Positions 15,009 through 27,139 of a stretch of DNA of 64,000 nucleotides are shown here, piece after piece. Numbering within the stretch: position 1 is the stretch's first letter; each line of letters begins with the position of its first letter. Source of the stretch: Lama guanicoe. Lineage: Eukaryota. A program made the translations under genes and the position numbers. The stretch spans positions 2,333,168-2,397,167 of the forward strand of contig MU053482.1 in the NCBI GenBank assembly GCA_013239625.1, in the 5' to 3' direction. The notes under the pieces were generated by a model, which saw only the letters and a list, made by a program, of their open reading frames with translations, made no database searches and was not told where the DNA came from.

Positions 15009-16786
15009 TTAAAGAATTGCAACATACACATTTTGCTAAGCATCACCTGCCAAGTAGTCTAAAACCATTCATTTAAAATTTTAAATCACTTTGAGAGATA
15101 TAAGTTTTTAAAAAGCCATTGGTAATGTGAATGAATCATTATATATTACCTAAAATTAACTTTGAAATAAAACCTAGCACATGATCTGTGACTCATTAAT
15201 CACATTTATCGGTCACACAATAGTCAAACTGTGCCAAAGTTATCATCATCTACTTGCCAGTAGAAAGACACAGTAAACACATAGCTGTGCCTGCAAATAA
15301 GAATGCTGATTATAGAAGGATGGGGAAATATCAAACTAAAAGTTACAGAGGAAGTCATAATTATCCTACCCACTATCCTTCTACCCTTTGGCAGAAAGGC
15401 ATTGATATGGATAAAATGGGCTGGGCCAGAGTCCTATAGAAGGGATGAGGTTTTAGAGGCACCCAGCACAATTAGAAAGGAAGATCATAAGGAAGTAGCT
15501 TGAGTGTAGCCAAGTTCAGTTTGGTCTACCCTTCCCAGGAAACTGCTTCTAATCTTGGGGGACAGAAAGGACAACTACTGATAAAGCAAGTTTCAAGAGG
15601 TGGAGGAAGAAGTGGCTAAATGTATGACTAGAAGGGTAGGAGATGCTTCCTCAGCAAAAGGGAATTCTAATCTGAGAAGGTAGTGGCTCTTTAGTTCCCA
15701 GAGGACCAAGCCCAAAGCTTCTATATTTAGTGGTATGCCTAGCAGAGTTGTTGAGAATTCACTTATTCATTCAGCAGCTACTTAGTGAGCATTTGTCCTG
15801 TGCCAGAACTGGTGTTAAATGAGGTGGATTCAGATAAGCGTAAGAGATGGTTCCTGCCTGTAATGAGGACACACCTAAGTAAAGGAGACTGACAAATACA
15901 CGGTTACAGTACACCACTTAAAGCGATGACAGCAGATATGCAGAGTGCGCCAGCAATGTTTTGAAAGTCAGGAGACTTGCTGCTGTCCCTGTTTCTGGTG
16001 GGAGGTAGGGAAGATTTCAAAAATAACTCCTGATCAAAACCCTCTGAACCTGTATGCTTGTCACCCATCTTTCCCAGTCCCTATATTTAAAGCTGTTATA
16101 GATTAAAGCTTCTGTTTTTAAAATATGCAAATGCCATTGCTGTCCCATCACATTAATGTGAATGCCTTCTGTTTCCCCCAATAATGAGCTAGCTCATCAG
16201 GAGGAAGCACAGGGCAGGTCTGAAGGGTATGGGCATGACGGGGACTAGAGAGCAGCGCCAGGGGACTGAAGGGCCAAGAAATGGAGCAGGGGAGAAGGCC
16301 ACAATCTTACCTCTCCAGTCGTTTGCATCCTCCCTGACTCACTAAATAATCAAAAAGAGAGAAGGCAAGAAAGGGTCTAGGAGGTCCTCGAGGGAGTTAG
16401 GTGAGTATATTAGGCTGGTGTGAGAAACTCTGTAGGTCCTATTAAGAAGGAAGGCTGCCGGGAGAAGCAAGTTCCCACAGTGGGAAGGGAGGAGTTGAGG
16501 GTAACGTTAGTTCCTAAGAGGTAAGACATCTATGAGATGGGGGTTTCCTATCATTTTGGCTTGGGGAATAGGGTGGCGGTTGGTCTATGAGGCTGGTGGA
16601 GGGCGGCGGTAGACCGTCAGAGCTTAAGGGCGGAAAGTTAAAGGCTCTCAGAGTTGGAAAGGCTGTAAAGTTTGAGGTGGGTGCTGTCGGGGCTGGGGAG
16701 GGAAATGTGAAGGAGGCAGAGACGCTGTCCCGGCGGTGGGCACCGTCCGGGCCGGGTGGAGCTGGCGGGGCGGGGGGCGGGCTGTC

Positions 16787-16811
16787 NNNNNNNNNNNNNN
16801 NNNNNNNNNNN
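16787..16811. other. Assembly gap (25 N)
   Basis: Run of N in G-rich intron 1 of TMEM9B. Confidence 1.
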
Positions 16812-16817
16812 CTGTCA

Positions 16818-17216
<399 letters not shown>

Positions 17217-18855
17217 TCACGGGCCGCGCGGGGTCAACTACGAAACGCATTCACCCCGGAAGCGGTTCCCGGTGCCAAAGACCCCGAGGCTGCGCGGTGC
17301 CTACGCTCGGGCCCCAGAAAGGAAGGCAGCCCCTCTGCGGGGCAGCCTGGGCCCAGCAGTGCTTGGGGGCGCTAGCGTATCTTTCCCGGGCACAGAAGCA
17401 GCGGCGCTGTGGACCCCAGTGCTCTGGGAAGTCCTCCCACCAGGGAGACCCCCACCCCGGCCCAGCAAGCCCTGGATTTCAGATGTGGGTCCCGAGTGAC
17501 CCCTGCGAGGCCGGAGCGGTTGGCTGCTGCCTGGAGGCCGGAGTGAGCCTAAGCCCCAGGAATTGCTGAAAGGCGGCCCATCCTGGCGGGCGCAGGCGGG
17601 GCGAGTGCTGGGCACGGGGGCCGAGCCATCCCTTCCCGGGAAGCCCACCCCCCGTCAGGCGGTCAGGGGCCGTCTCTGGCACTTTGGGTGCTGACCTGCG
17701 GCCCACGGGCCTCCTGGACACCGGGCCCCGCGAGGTTTCTAACGATCTGTGAGCTGCCTTCGTGGGTGTGGCCTCGGTTTGAGGCGCCGCGCTTGCATTC
17801 CGCTGGCGGCTGACCGCCTAGGCCCAGCCTGTCGCCGAGAAATGGGTCACAGCAGAGGCCCAGGCTTCGGAAGGTGTGGAGTTGGCGAAAGAACCAACTC
17901 TTTCCGGTAGCCTCCTCCGCCCAGGATTCCAGAAGGTGGAAGATCGTAGCGCTACAATCCTGTTTAGGGCGACTGGTCCCAAAGTCAGAATTGGGGGAGC
18001 ACTGACCGATCTTTCCCAGAGATGTCATCCAACGCAGGTAACTTAGGAGAACCCTAGAGATGGCACAATGTCTCCAATTAAAATATTTTTCAGTTAGAGA
18101 CAGTAGGAGGTAGTGGAAAGGCTGCAGGGGCTCATCACAACCTCTGCGGATTTGTTGAATCACCTTGGATTTGTTGAATCACCTTGGTCCAAACACTTCC
18201 CTTTTCTGGGCCTCTGGTTCTTGGCTCAATAAAAGGGGATTGAACTTTTATCTATGGATTCCAAATTCTGCATTCATGGAATATCCGTGTCTCTTCCTCT
18301 AAACAAAACTTAAATGTGGTCTTTTCCTAACAGAATTTTCTCAGTATGTTTCTCCCATGTGATCCTTGTTGATGCTAAACTCTAAAATAAGAAGGTATCT
18401 GATATTACACCAAATTTATTTAGACCCTTTCAGTCCCAAATGGCAAGTGGCGCTCAGTCCCAACCAGAACCAGAGTGGCAGGACTAGATGACCTTTCACC
18501 AAGGCCCCTCCAGGCTTCCCTGAGAAGATGCTGTCACATTAATTATCAGGTTTTCTTAGTGGGTGTCCTGCTGGCCTGAAGGCAGTCTAGAGACACCGGG
18601 GGTCAAATGTGTCTGACTGTGAGGTACTTGTGGATCTGCAATTGCTAAAAGCTGTCTCATTAGCAAGTCTGGGATCAGTTTTGAGTTAATCGTCTAGGTC
18701 TGGCATCTGAAGGAGTGCTCACTCTTTGGCTGAAACCTCATAGGCCTTCCCTTCTTCAAAATTCTTCTAAGGGCCTTGATTGGGGGTACAGAGACTTAGA
18801 GGAAATATATAGTAATGCTTCACCAAGTATTCTAAGTCTGGGCAGAATTATAGTT

Positions 18856-19125
18856 ACACTGTCCAACATGGTAGTTACTAGCCACATGGGGCAGTTGAGC
18901 ACTTGAAATGTGGCTGGTCTGAATTGAGATATGCTATAAGTATAAAATATACACTGGATTTCAAAGACAATGCAGAAGACATAAAATATCTCAATAATGT
19001 TTTTATATTAAGGTTGAAATCTTTTGGATACATTAGGTTAAATAAAATATGTTATTAAAATAATTTCACTTGTTTCTTTTTACTTCTTAGATGTAGCTAC
19101 TGGAAAATTTAGTATTTATATTAGG
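18856..19125. mobile_element. MER33/MER3-like hAT-Charlie relic
   Basis: ctgtccaacatggtagttactagccacatg...gagcacttgaaatgtggct...gtataaaatatacactggatttcaaagac. Confidence 0.75.
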
Positions 19126-21806
19126 CATAGCTATTCTAGAATACAGGATGAGACTGCCACGAGTGGAGTGTTACCGTAAGATGGTTGCCTGGCTGGAGTC
19201 TTAGTGAAGACACAGGCGTGGTAAGGAGAGGGGTGACAAATTGGCACAGCTACAGCCAGGGGTTTGTGGGGGAATACATTGCTAAACAATATAATTCTAG
19301 GTGATTCAGTGGAAGTAGAGGCATCAGTTCTTGTTCTGCCCGCTCACACCTGGGTAACTCTTACTTCCCCTTAGGTCAGGGGTCTTCTAAACTAGAAAGC
19401 CTTCCCTGACTTAGGTGCACTTTCTTCTGTTTGTACAGATCTCTTTCCTAACTTAACCCATTATGATAAAATTATCTTTTCATATCTGCCTCCATACTCC
19501 CAACCTCTACCAAAATATTTTAAACACTTTGAGAGCAAGGGCCTTGTTTATTATCTTTGTACCTGGAGACTGGGCTAGAGTAAAAACCAATAGAAGTTTG
19601 TGGGGACCTGGAAAAGGGAAATTGGAGAGGCTCCTCTTGTTAGTCTCCAAGAATCAGGTATTGAATCCCTACTTCATTCCTCTCTGACCATCAGAGGGCA
19701 ATGCTGAGATGCCCAAAGAAGTGCAGATGGGATCTGGGCACCATAGTAGGCAGGAGGGGAGAATTCTGACCTAGGGTATTCGCAGACCTTCAGGTCACAT
19801 CAGAGTTGTTCTATTTACAAGGCAAGACTGAGTACCCACTCTTTTCTTTTTTTTCTTTTTTCTTTTTTTTTTTAGTACCCACTCTTTTCCTTGCTTCCCT
19901 ATGATTAGGTTCCCTACTCTATTCCACTTAAGGAATGACAGTTCCAGGTGCACCTTCCCGCCAGGCCTGAGCCCTCTCACTTCTTTGTTAAGGCCTGTAA
20001 AATTATCTAGTGGGGCATGGTCAGGAGAGTAAGAGGAGCCTTCTCTAAATATAAGTGTGGAAGTCAGAAGGTTAGGAAGCAGAAGTGACAATTTATGCAT
20101 CTGGGACAAATGTATGAGTCCGAGGTTTTTCTAGCTCTGTCTGCAGTCCCTCACCCCCTTGCCTCTCCAGTGCTCAGATAGCTTTCTGGACACTTCTTTC
20201 TTAGATCTCCACCTCATTCTTTCTGATCTACTCAGCAGTTGCCCAGGCCGCAGCAGTCCAGGAGAACAAATGGAATCATGCGCAGCGTCAGTGATGATGG
20301 TTTCCTTGGATTGTGTCTCCAGTGGTTACAGCAGGACACACACACTCACCCAGAAGTTCTTCTAGTTATTTCTGAGCATACCCTGGAAATGTCTCAGAGG
20401 AGCCCTCTTCTTTACCATGTGCATCAGCAGGATGCTCCCTCCTACTTAGCCCCCTTTAGTGAGATTTTCTGCCTTCCCCCACCCCCCGCTGCTACCTGTA
20501 GAGCCACATAAGTATGGTATGCCATCACTTGCTGGCTCCCACCATGGTAACAAGGTATGAGTCCAGAATGTTCTCTCTGTTCCTAGAGATGCTGGTATCA
20601 GCGAGAGCTGACATAAAATAAAGCAATACAAGGTTTAGTACCAAAGCAGGGAGAATTTTTAAAGTTTCTTTCAGAAGGCTGCTAAATCAGTATTCTTTCC
20701 CAGTATCTTATGTCTTACAATACCCAAGGAAAACATTTCCTCCTCTCTGACTGCTAGCATTTTCAAATAAATGAGATAGTTTTACTTGCCATTTTTACCA
20801 ATACGGTACCTTAAAAAAAAATCAACTGGCATTTCACAGCAGACCCTGCCGCAACCCTCTACACTGCGAATTTCTACTCCCCAGAGACAACTTCTTTCTT
20901 ATCTTTTAGTTATCTCTTCTAGGATTTATCTCCATATTTCTTAATAATATGCTTATACTACTAGTTCTTGATTTTTCAGTTTGGGCTATTATTTTACTTC
21001 TTGCTATAGGAAATAAGCTATGTATTTATATTCCGATGCCCTCTGATAAACACATGTATTATTTCTCCATCCTCCATCCTTCAGTATATCTGTATCATCT
21101 TACTTAGGTAAATTACTATTCCTTACATTATTATGACCGTGTACATATTATTTATAGTTGGTCCAATCAGCATAATATGATTTCATTCCTTTTTTTAACT
21201 GAAGTTAGCCATTGCCTCTTTTTCCATGTTTCTTAAGTATTTTGCATTCAAGTATCTATAATTTATCTCAAACTCTCCTCTCAATACATTCAAACACATC
21301 AGGGGGGCTATCAGTTTATTTTTTAAATTAAAGACAACTTTCCCAGGGTCCATCATCCTCCTGCACTCTAGATGGGTTATTCTCTAAGCCCACTGCACAG
21401 GTTTTGTCCTGGAATAATTTTATCATTTCATCCCCATTTCTACTTCTTTGGTTTTTTCTGAAAGATTGCTATCATCCCACCTTTCTTTTGAATTTTCACA
21501 TTTCTGTTACTGTGTTTTTAATCTTCTAGAGCACTTTCCTGACCACCCCTCTCTCCTTTTTAAATGGCATTCCGTTCCATCTGGGAATACAGTATCTTAT
21601 TTCTCTGAGGATATTTCTAATGTTTTGTTTCTTGAATTGTCTATGTTGAGTTTTTCAGCCTTTGTTTCGGTTTTTTTGTGTGAGAAGCTTTTCTTAAATG
21701 TCTGGAGATCCTTGGCTATTCATTTATATGGCAGAGGGAGGCATTAGAAAACTGATTGGAAGCTTTGTGAACACAGACAGGGCTTGTAATTAGTAGGACA
21801 CACTGA

Positions 21807-22060
21807 AGTATTTTTCAAACTTCTGGTTGCAAACCCATTACTGGTTTGTGAAATCAATTTAATCACCTGCAAGCAACTTTTTTTCCCCAAATGACAGAGT
21901 AGAACAGAAAATACTGTATCAGACTCACACATAAAAAGGAGACTGTTTTGTGAACCTTTGCTTTCACAGATTCACACATATACATCATAAATATATATAT
22001 TTATAAAATGAGAATTTCTTATTGTGGGAGTTGTCTCAAAGGAGTTTGAAAAAAATACCA
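21807..22060. mobile_element. hAT-Charlie relic (MER119-like)
   Basis: Inverted ends gtatttttcaaact ... agtttgaaaaaaatac; internal acccattactggtttgtgaaatcaattta. Confidence 0.5.
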
Positions 22061-22535
22061 TAGGGTATTCTAGGAGGTTTCCAACTGTCAAGATAGGTAG
22101 TTTTTTTCTTTTGGAAGGAGAAGTAGGTTTCTCTGGAGAAAAATTCTCTAAACTCCTTCCATCTGGTCTGGTAGCCAGTGTTCAATCAAGTGTTTTTTGA
22201 GCACTTACTTTGTGCCAAACACTCTTCTAGGTACTTGGTGCACATCAGTGTGTAAACAGACAAAACTTTCTGCCCTCTTGGAAACTGACACTCCAATCGA
22301 GGAGACAAAACAATAAGCACAGTAAGTTGTACAGAATTTAGGTATTGCGCTGTGGTAACACAGTAACAGGACGGAAAGCTGAACACATGCAAGAGGGGAG
22401 ATGTGTTAGGAGTGGTGAACGTTCTGGTTATTTCGTGAATGAAGTAGAAAGCAAGGCCATCATCTGAGAGTGAGAATGGGGAAGGCAGTGTTAGGGGCTG
22501 GAGAAGAAAAGAGAAGGTGTGAAATAACTTAGGAA

Positions 22536-22824
22536 CACAGCCCAGCAAAGTACACCCCGTGGCCAAATCCTGTTTTTGTACTGTCTGCAAGGTAAGAATA
22601 ATTTTTATACTTTTAAATGGTTGGGAAAGAAAAACTAAAGATGAATACTAAATTCTGACATGTAAAAATTATACAAAATTCAAATTGAATTCATTTACAT
22701 ACTGCCTTTGGCTACTTTCCTATTACAGTGGCAAAGTAGAGTACTTGTGAAAAAGACTATGTGACCTGAAAAACCTGAGATCCTTACCATCTGGCCATTT
22801 GCAGAAAACGTTTGCCGACCCCTG
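22536..22824. mobile_element. MER58B-like hAT-Charlie relic
   Basis: ggccaaatcctgtttttgta...ccatctggccatttgcagaaaacgtttgccgacccctg terminus. Confidence 0.75.
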
Positions 22825-25800
22825 ACCTAGACTAGGAAGGTGAATGATTAGGGAGATATGATTGTTGGGCAGTGTTGACGGCCTGAGAGTTATGGTCTTG
22901 GATTTAAAGTGAGACCAGTCAGCATGGCTGGGGCATAGGTGTAGGCAAAGAGTTGGCTTTGACTACATTGACCACAGTTGTGGTCTTGTGAAGTGAGTGC
23001 AACAAAAAGAGAGGGTAAACTGAACTGAAAGTATATGCAAGGGAATCATTACAACTACTGACCAAGGAATTTAAGTTGGTTATGAAGGGAGGAGAGGAAC
23101 TCAGAGACATTAGGGACAGTGAGGTGATAAGCAAGGGAGTGCTGGAATCAGGTTGCCACAAGATGGCTGGAAGACAGTGCCAGTGGTCAGACAGTCAGAC
23201 ACGTGAGCCTGAGATCATGGAGGGGTTCCCGTTTTGGGTAATAAATAACAAGATCTAAGATATGACCCTGGGAGAGAATAGCAGGGAATGGTGGAGGATA
23301 AAATCAGTAGAAGACTGTTTTTCAAGTAATCGGTATGTCAGGGGCTGAATATAATTAAATCACCAAGAATTAAATCTGGAGTAGTGTTGAGGGGAGTGAA
23401 AGGAGCCAAGAGCTAAACTTACTGGGAAAAGAGTGGGGATGACCCAAGGGCTTGTAGATTTCATAGATATAGCAACAACAAAGGGATGTAAGTGATATAA
23501 TTTGATGGCATGAGACTCAAAGCTGGGGAGTTTTAAGGGAAGGCAGAGGGAGAAATGTCTGCAAGCAGTAATGAGGAACAAGGGGACGATCTGCCCCTAT
23601 CGCTAGGACCAGTAATAGAACTGGGGGAGAAAAAGCCACCTTGAGAGGGCTGCAATGAAAGCACTGTCCTAAGAGAACAGCCATGTGTCAAGGTTCTGGG
23701 ATCTAAGTCAGGGAAAGAGCACCCTAAATCCCTATTTTCAGTAGGATGCCTCCTCTCAGCTGCCAGTTGTTCTTGGTGGCTCCAACTAGTTCAGTTTCTC
23801 CAGGGGATAAACACACGAACAAGGGGTGAGGATCTCAGGCCTAACTTACTTTATAGTCTTTCAAGTAATCATCCTGTTTTGTAGCCCTCTACCCTTACCA
23901 CTAGCTTTTCAGATAACCGCTGTCCTCAATTCCTCAATCTTTTCTGGGGTTGTGTGGCACACGTCTGCATGTTTATTATTATTATTGCCTCCCACTGACT
24001 GCCACCTCCTGAGCTTAGTTTTCTGCTTTCTCTGGTCTGCTCCATCAGTTGTTACTTGTCTTTTGTGTTCTAGCTTCAAAGATTTCACTGACATTGCTTG
24101 GGTGCTGTTGTATTTTCTCCCATTTTCTTTGTCCTCATTGGTTTATGTCATTTAACATTCCTTTACTGTCATTTTAGTGAGGTTTCAGTAGGGAGCTAAA
24201 TTTCCGGTCCACCATTTTTAATAAGATGTTGTCAACAAGAGTTTTGTTATGGGGCCAAATGTGTCTGCCTGGCTTGCTCTTCCCAGGAAGCTTCTGAGTC
24301 CCTTAAACACATGGGTTCTGACTGGCCCACTTTCCAGGTTTCTAGTATACACGGACAGATCTGAATCCCGGTGGTGGAGTCAACTCAGGCTGATGTTGGG
24401 ATTCCCACCCATTTTCCCTTCCCTTTAATTGTCAGTCTCTTCAATTCCTGGCCTTCTCCTTTCCTGCTAATGCAAGCTTTTATTTCTGAAATTCTACTCT
24501 CCATGGGGCCTACCCAGCTGGATCTTCCTCTCTGGCTGCACTTCTTCAGATCTTAGAACATACACTCCTGTGATCAAACTGGTCTTTATGAAACCTGTTC
24601 ACTTTAATAGACTTTCTATTCCCCAAGTGGTTCCTGTATACAACAGAGAAACTATTGTGAACTCAGACACGTGGGGGATAGTTTCTGTAGAACTTTCAAA
24701 ACAGAGTAATTGCTTCCTCATATGGTCAGCCCTAGAAACAATCAAATTCTCATGTCCTTACCCATTTTCAGAATAAGTAAGATGAAAACCACTACAGCAG
24801 CCTCCCAAGTATAAGGTCATCCAGTGCATCCTAGGAGTCCAGCACTTCAGAATCCCAAGATATCCCATATTAGTTTGCCAAATGATGAAAGCAAAGTTAA
24901 ATTAATGTTAACCAGGCTCACAGGACAGAAGATTATATGTCCCCACTCCCTTCGCCCTCAAAGTCTCTCCTCTGGCAAACACAAGTATCTCTACTAGATC
25001 AATCACACTCCTCTCCCCAACCCATTTCTCCTGTTCAAGGCAACTGGCAAAGTTTGGGTATGTCAACATTGGAGTATGTGGAGAATTAGGCTTTCAGTAT
25101 TAATTACAAATTGGGAGCCTACTCTGGCTCCAGTAAAAACGTTGCAAGGATTTCCCCTCTCTGATTTTGGTGGCTGGAGTTTGTTGGGAAGGGACACAGG
25201 TCCAGGAAAGAGTGTGATAAAGGTGCTAGAAAGGAAAGAACAGGGCTTGTAGTCATCAGGCTGATAGAACCTTTGGATAAGTAACTACCTAAAAGCAGGT
25301 AAAGATCCAGCCTTTTCTCCATTCTGGTCAGGCACCTGGCAGCCCCAGTCTTCTGGAACATACCACAACCCTTGAATAAAAAGGTCTTTGAGAAAACAGC
25401 TGTCACAATGCCCACATGCTTAACATCATGTGAGAAACAGCTGCCAGTAGGTCATTGGCCAGACAAGTAAGGATAAAATAAGAGAGTAGCATAGCTCAGG
25501 AAGCACTGATAGTGGAAGGAAGAAGTAGCAGCTGACAGAGGGGTCCAAGCTATAACACAGAGACTAGCTTGTCTCTGCTTTTTGATTTCTTGAGAACAAG
25601 AGCCTGCCACTCTTCAAAGCTAGAAAAAAAGCTCTTAATTTCAGTCCTGATTGAGTCTATGTTTGTCGTGATGGCAACGAATCAAAAAGAAACATTTGAT
25701 TCACAATGCCATTTAATAAAGATGTCCTAGAATCAAAGAATTTTGACATTAGAAATGACTTCAGAAGTCTCCTTATCCAACCTTCCACGCAATGCAAAGT

Positions 25801-26849
25801 CTCTCTCGAATATTGCTAGGAAATGATCATCCCACCTTTCACCTCCAGTTAAAGAGAATTTGAGACAGTCCATGTAATTGTGCTAAATAGTTGTCTTGAT
25901 ACTACTCTGAGCCTTAGCTTTTCCGTCTGTAAAATTAAGAACAATACTACCTTCTTTGCAGGAGTTAGTATAGTCCCTGGTTTAAAGCAGATGCTTCCCT
26001 CCAACCGAGTCAGGACATGCCCCTCTTCAACCTCCGTCTATTGGAAAAGCTTGCCTTCTGATGCCAGAAAGAACACTTTCCACATGGCAGCTCTGAAGAC
26101 AATAGTCAGGCTACCATTGCCCTTTTCTGGATGCTCCACAAATTGTATGCACATCCCCGCCTTGCATTTGACATCACCTACACACAGAGTCCTTGATACT
26201 TCGACACACAGAACGTGCAATCAACAAAATGCCAACCAATAACACCTACACATGAACGTCCATTTATCCAAGTTCTCCCCCCACTGTGAAAGTGAAAGTG
26301 AAAGTGCAATAGATTTTTAAAAAATGAAAGTCAGGATGTATTTTTTAACTCTGTTAAAACTTAATTCTGCTGATTTCATTCTACTAAGATGATTATGAAT
26401 CTTGATTCTGTTGCTCATTGTTTAAGAGTTTGATTGCTTAAGTCTTTTTACATTTTTTATATTTCGAATAAATGGACAAAAGATAGAAAACCTTTTGAGG
26501 TGGAATAGTAGTATTATCTGAGTAGTGATAGAACCATAATTTCTAGATTGTGACAACCACTGTCACAGCTAAAGAATGTTTCCTGTTGACTAGTAACCAC
26601 ACTGTTTAAATACTAAAAATATTAAGACTTAAAATTTAAAGTTTCTATCATCAGTAAAATACATTTATGTGGAATGTCATTAGAGAGGTTCATTCAACCC
26701 TTCCCTTTCTCAAACTTCTCTTATTTCCTTGAACTAAAGAAATATTTCCTTTCTAAATAAATACATTTATATAAATAAAATTTCGAGAAGTAAATGTTCT
26801 CTCACACACTGCAGATCCACGATGAAAGATTGTTCTCATATACAGTTAA

Positions 26850-27010
26850 ATCTTCGAGGGACTACCATATGCCAACCACTTCACATGGGTTATCTCACTT
26901 GATGCTGTGAAGTAAGTACTATTATCACTTCTGTTTTATAGATTACAAAGCCAAGCTCACAGAGGTTCACTAATTTGCCCAAGGACACACAGCCAGCAAG
27001 AAGGAGCCGA
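26850..27010. mobile_element. MIR SINE
   Basis: MIR core: tattatcacttctgttttatagat...ctcacagaggttcactaatttgcccaaggacacacagc. Confidence 0.7.
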
Positions 27011-27139
27011 AGGGCTAGTAGCAATGGAGGAAATGAGGACCATAAAGCCTATGAGAGAAACACTGATGCACTTAGGCTGTGCCTGGGCTCCCCCGCCTTC
27101 CAGGGGCCCTGACATAGAGACTCTGTCAGACGAGCACAC

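Larger units (their letters stand above)
20780..24230 (-). mobile_element. Fragmented ancient L1/HAL1-like element interrupted by DNA-transposon and L2 pieces
   Basis: T-rich antisense L1-like sequence; 24000-24180 resembles the reverse complement of 36785-36965; boundaries approximate. Confidence 0.45.

Noticed and set aside
20200..20560. Splice-like motifs on both strands between TMEM9B and NRIP3
   Set aside because: No convincing acceptor/donor pair with a frame; such motifs are frequent by chance
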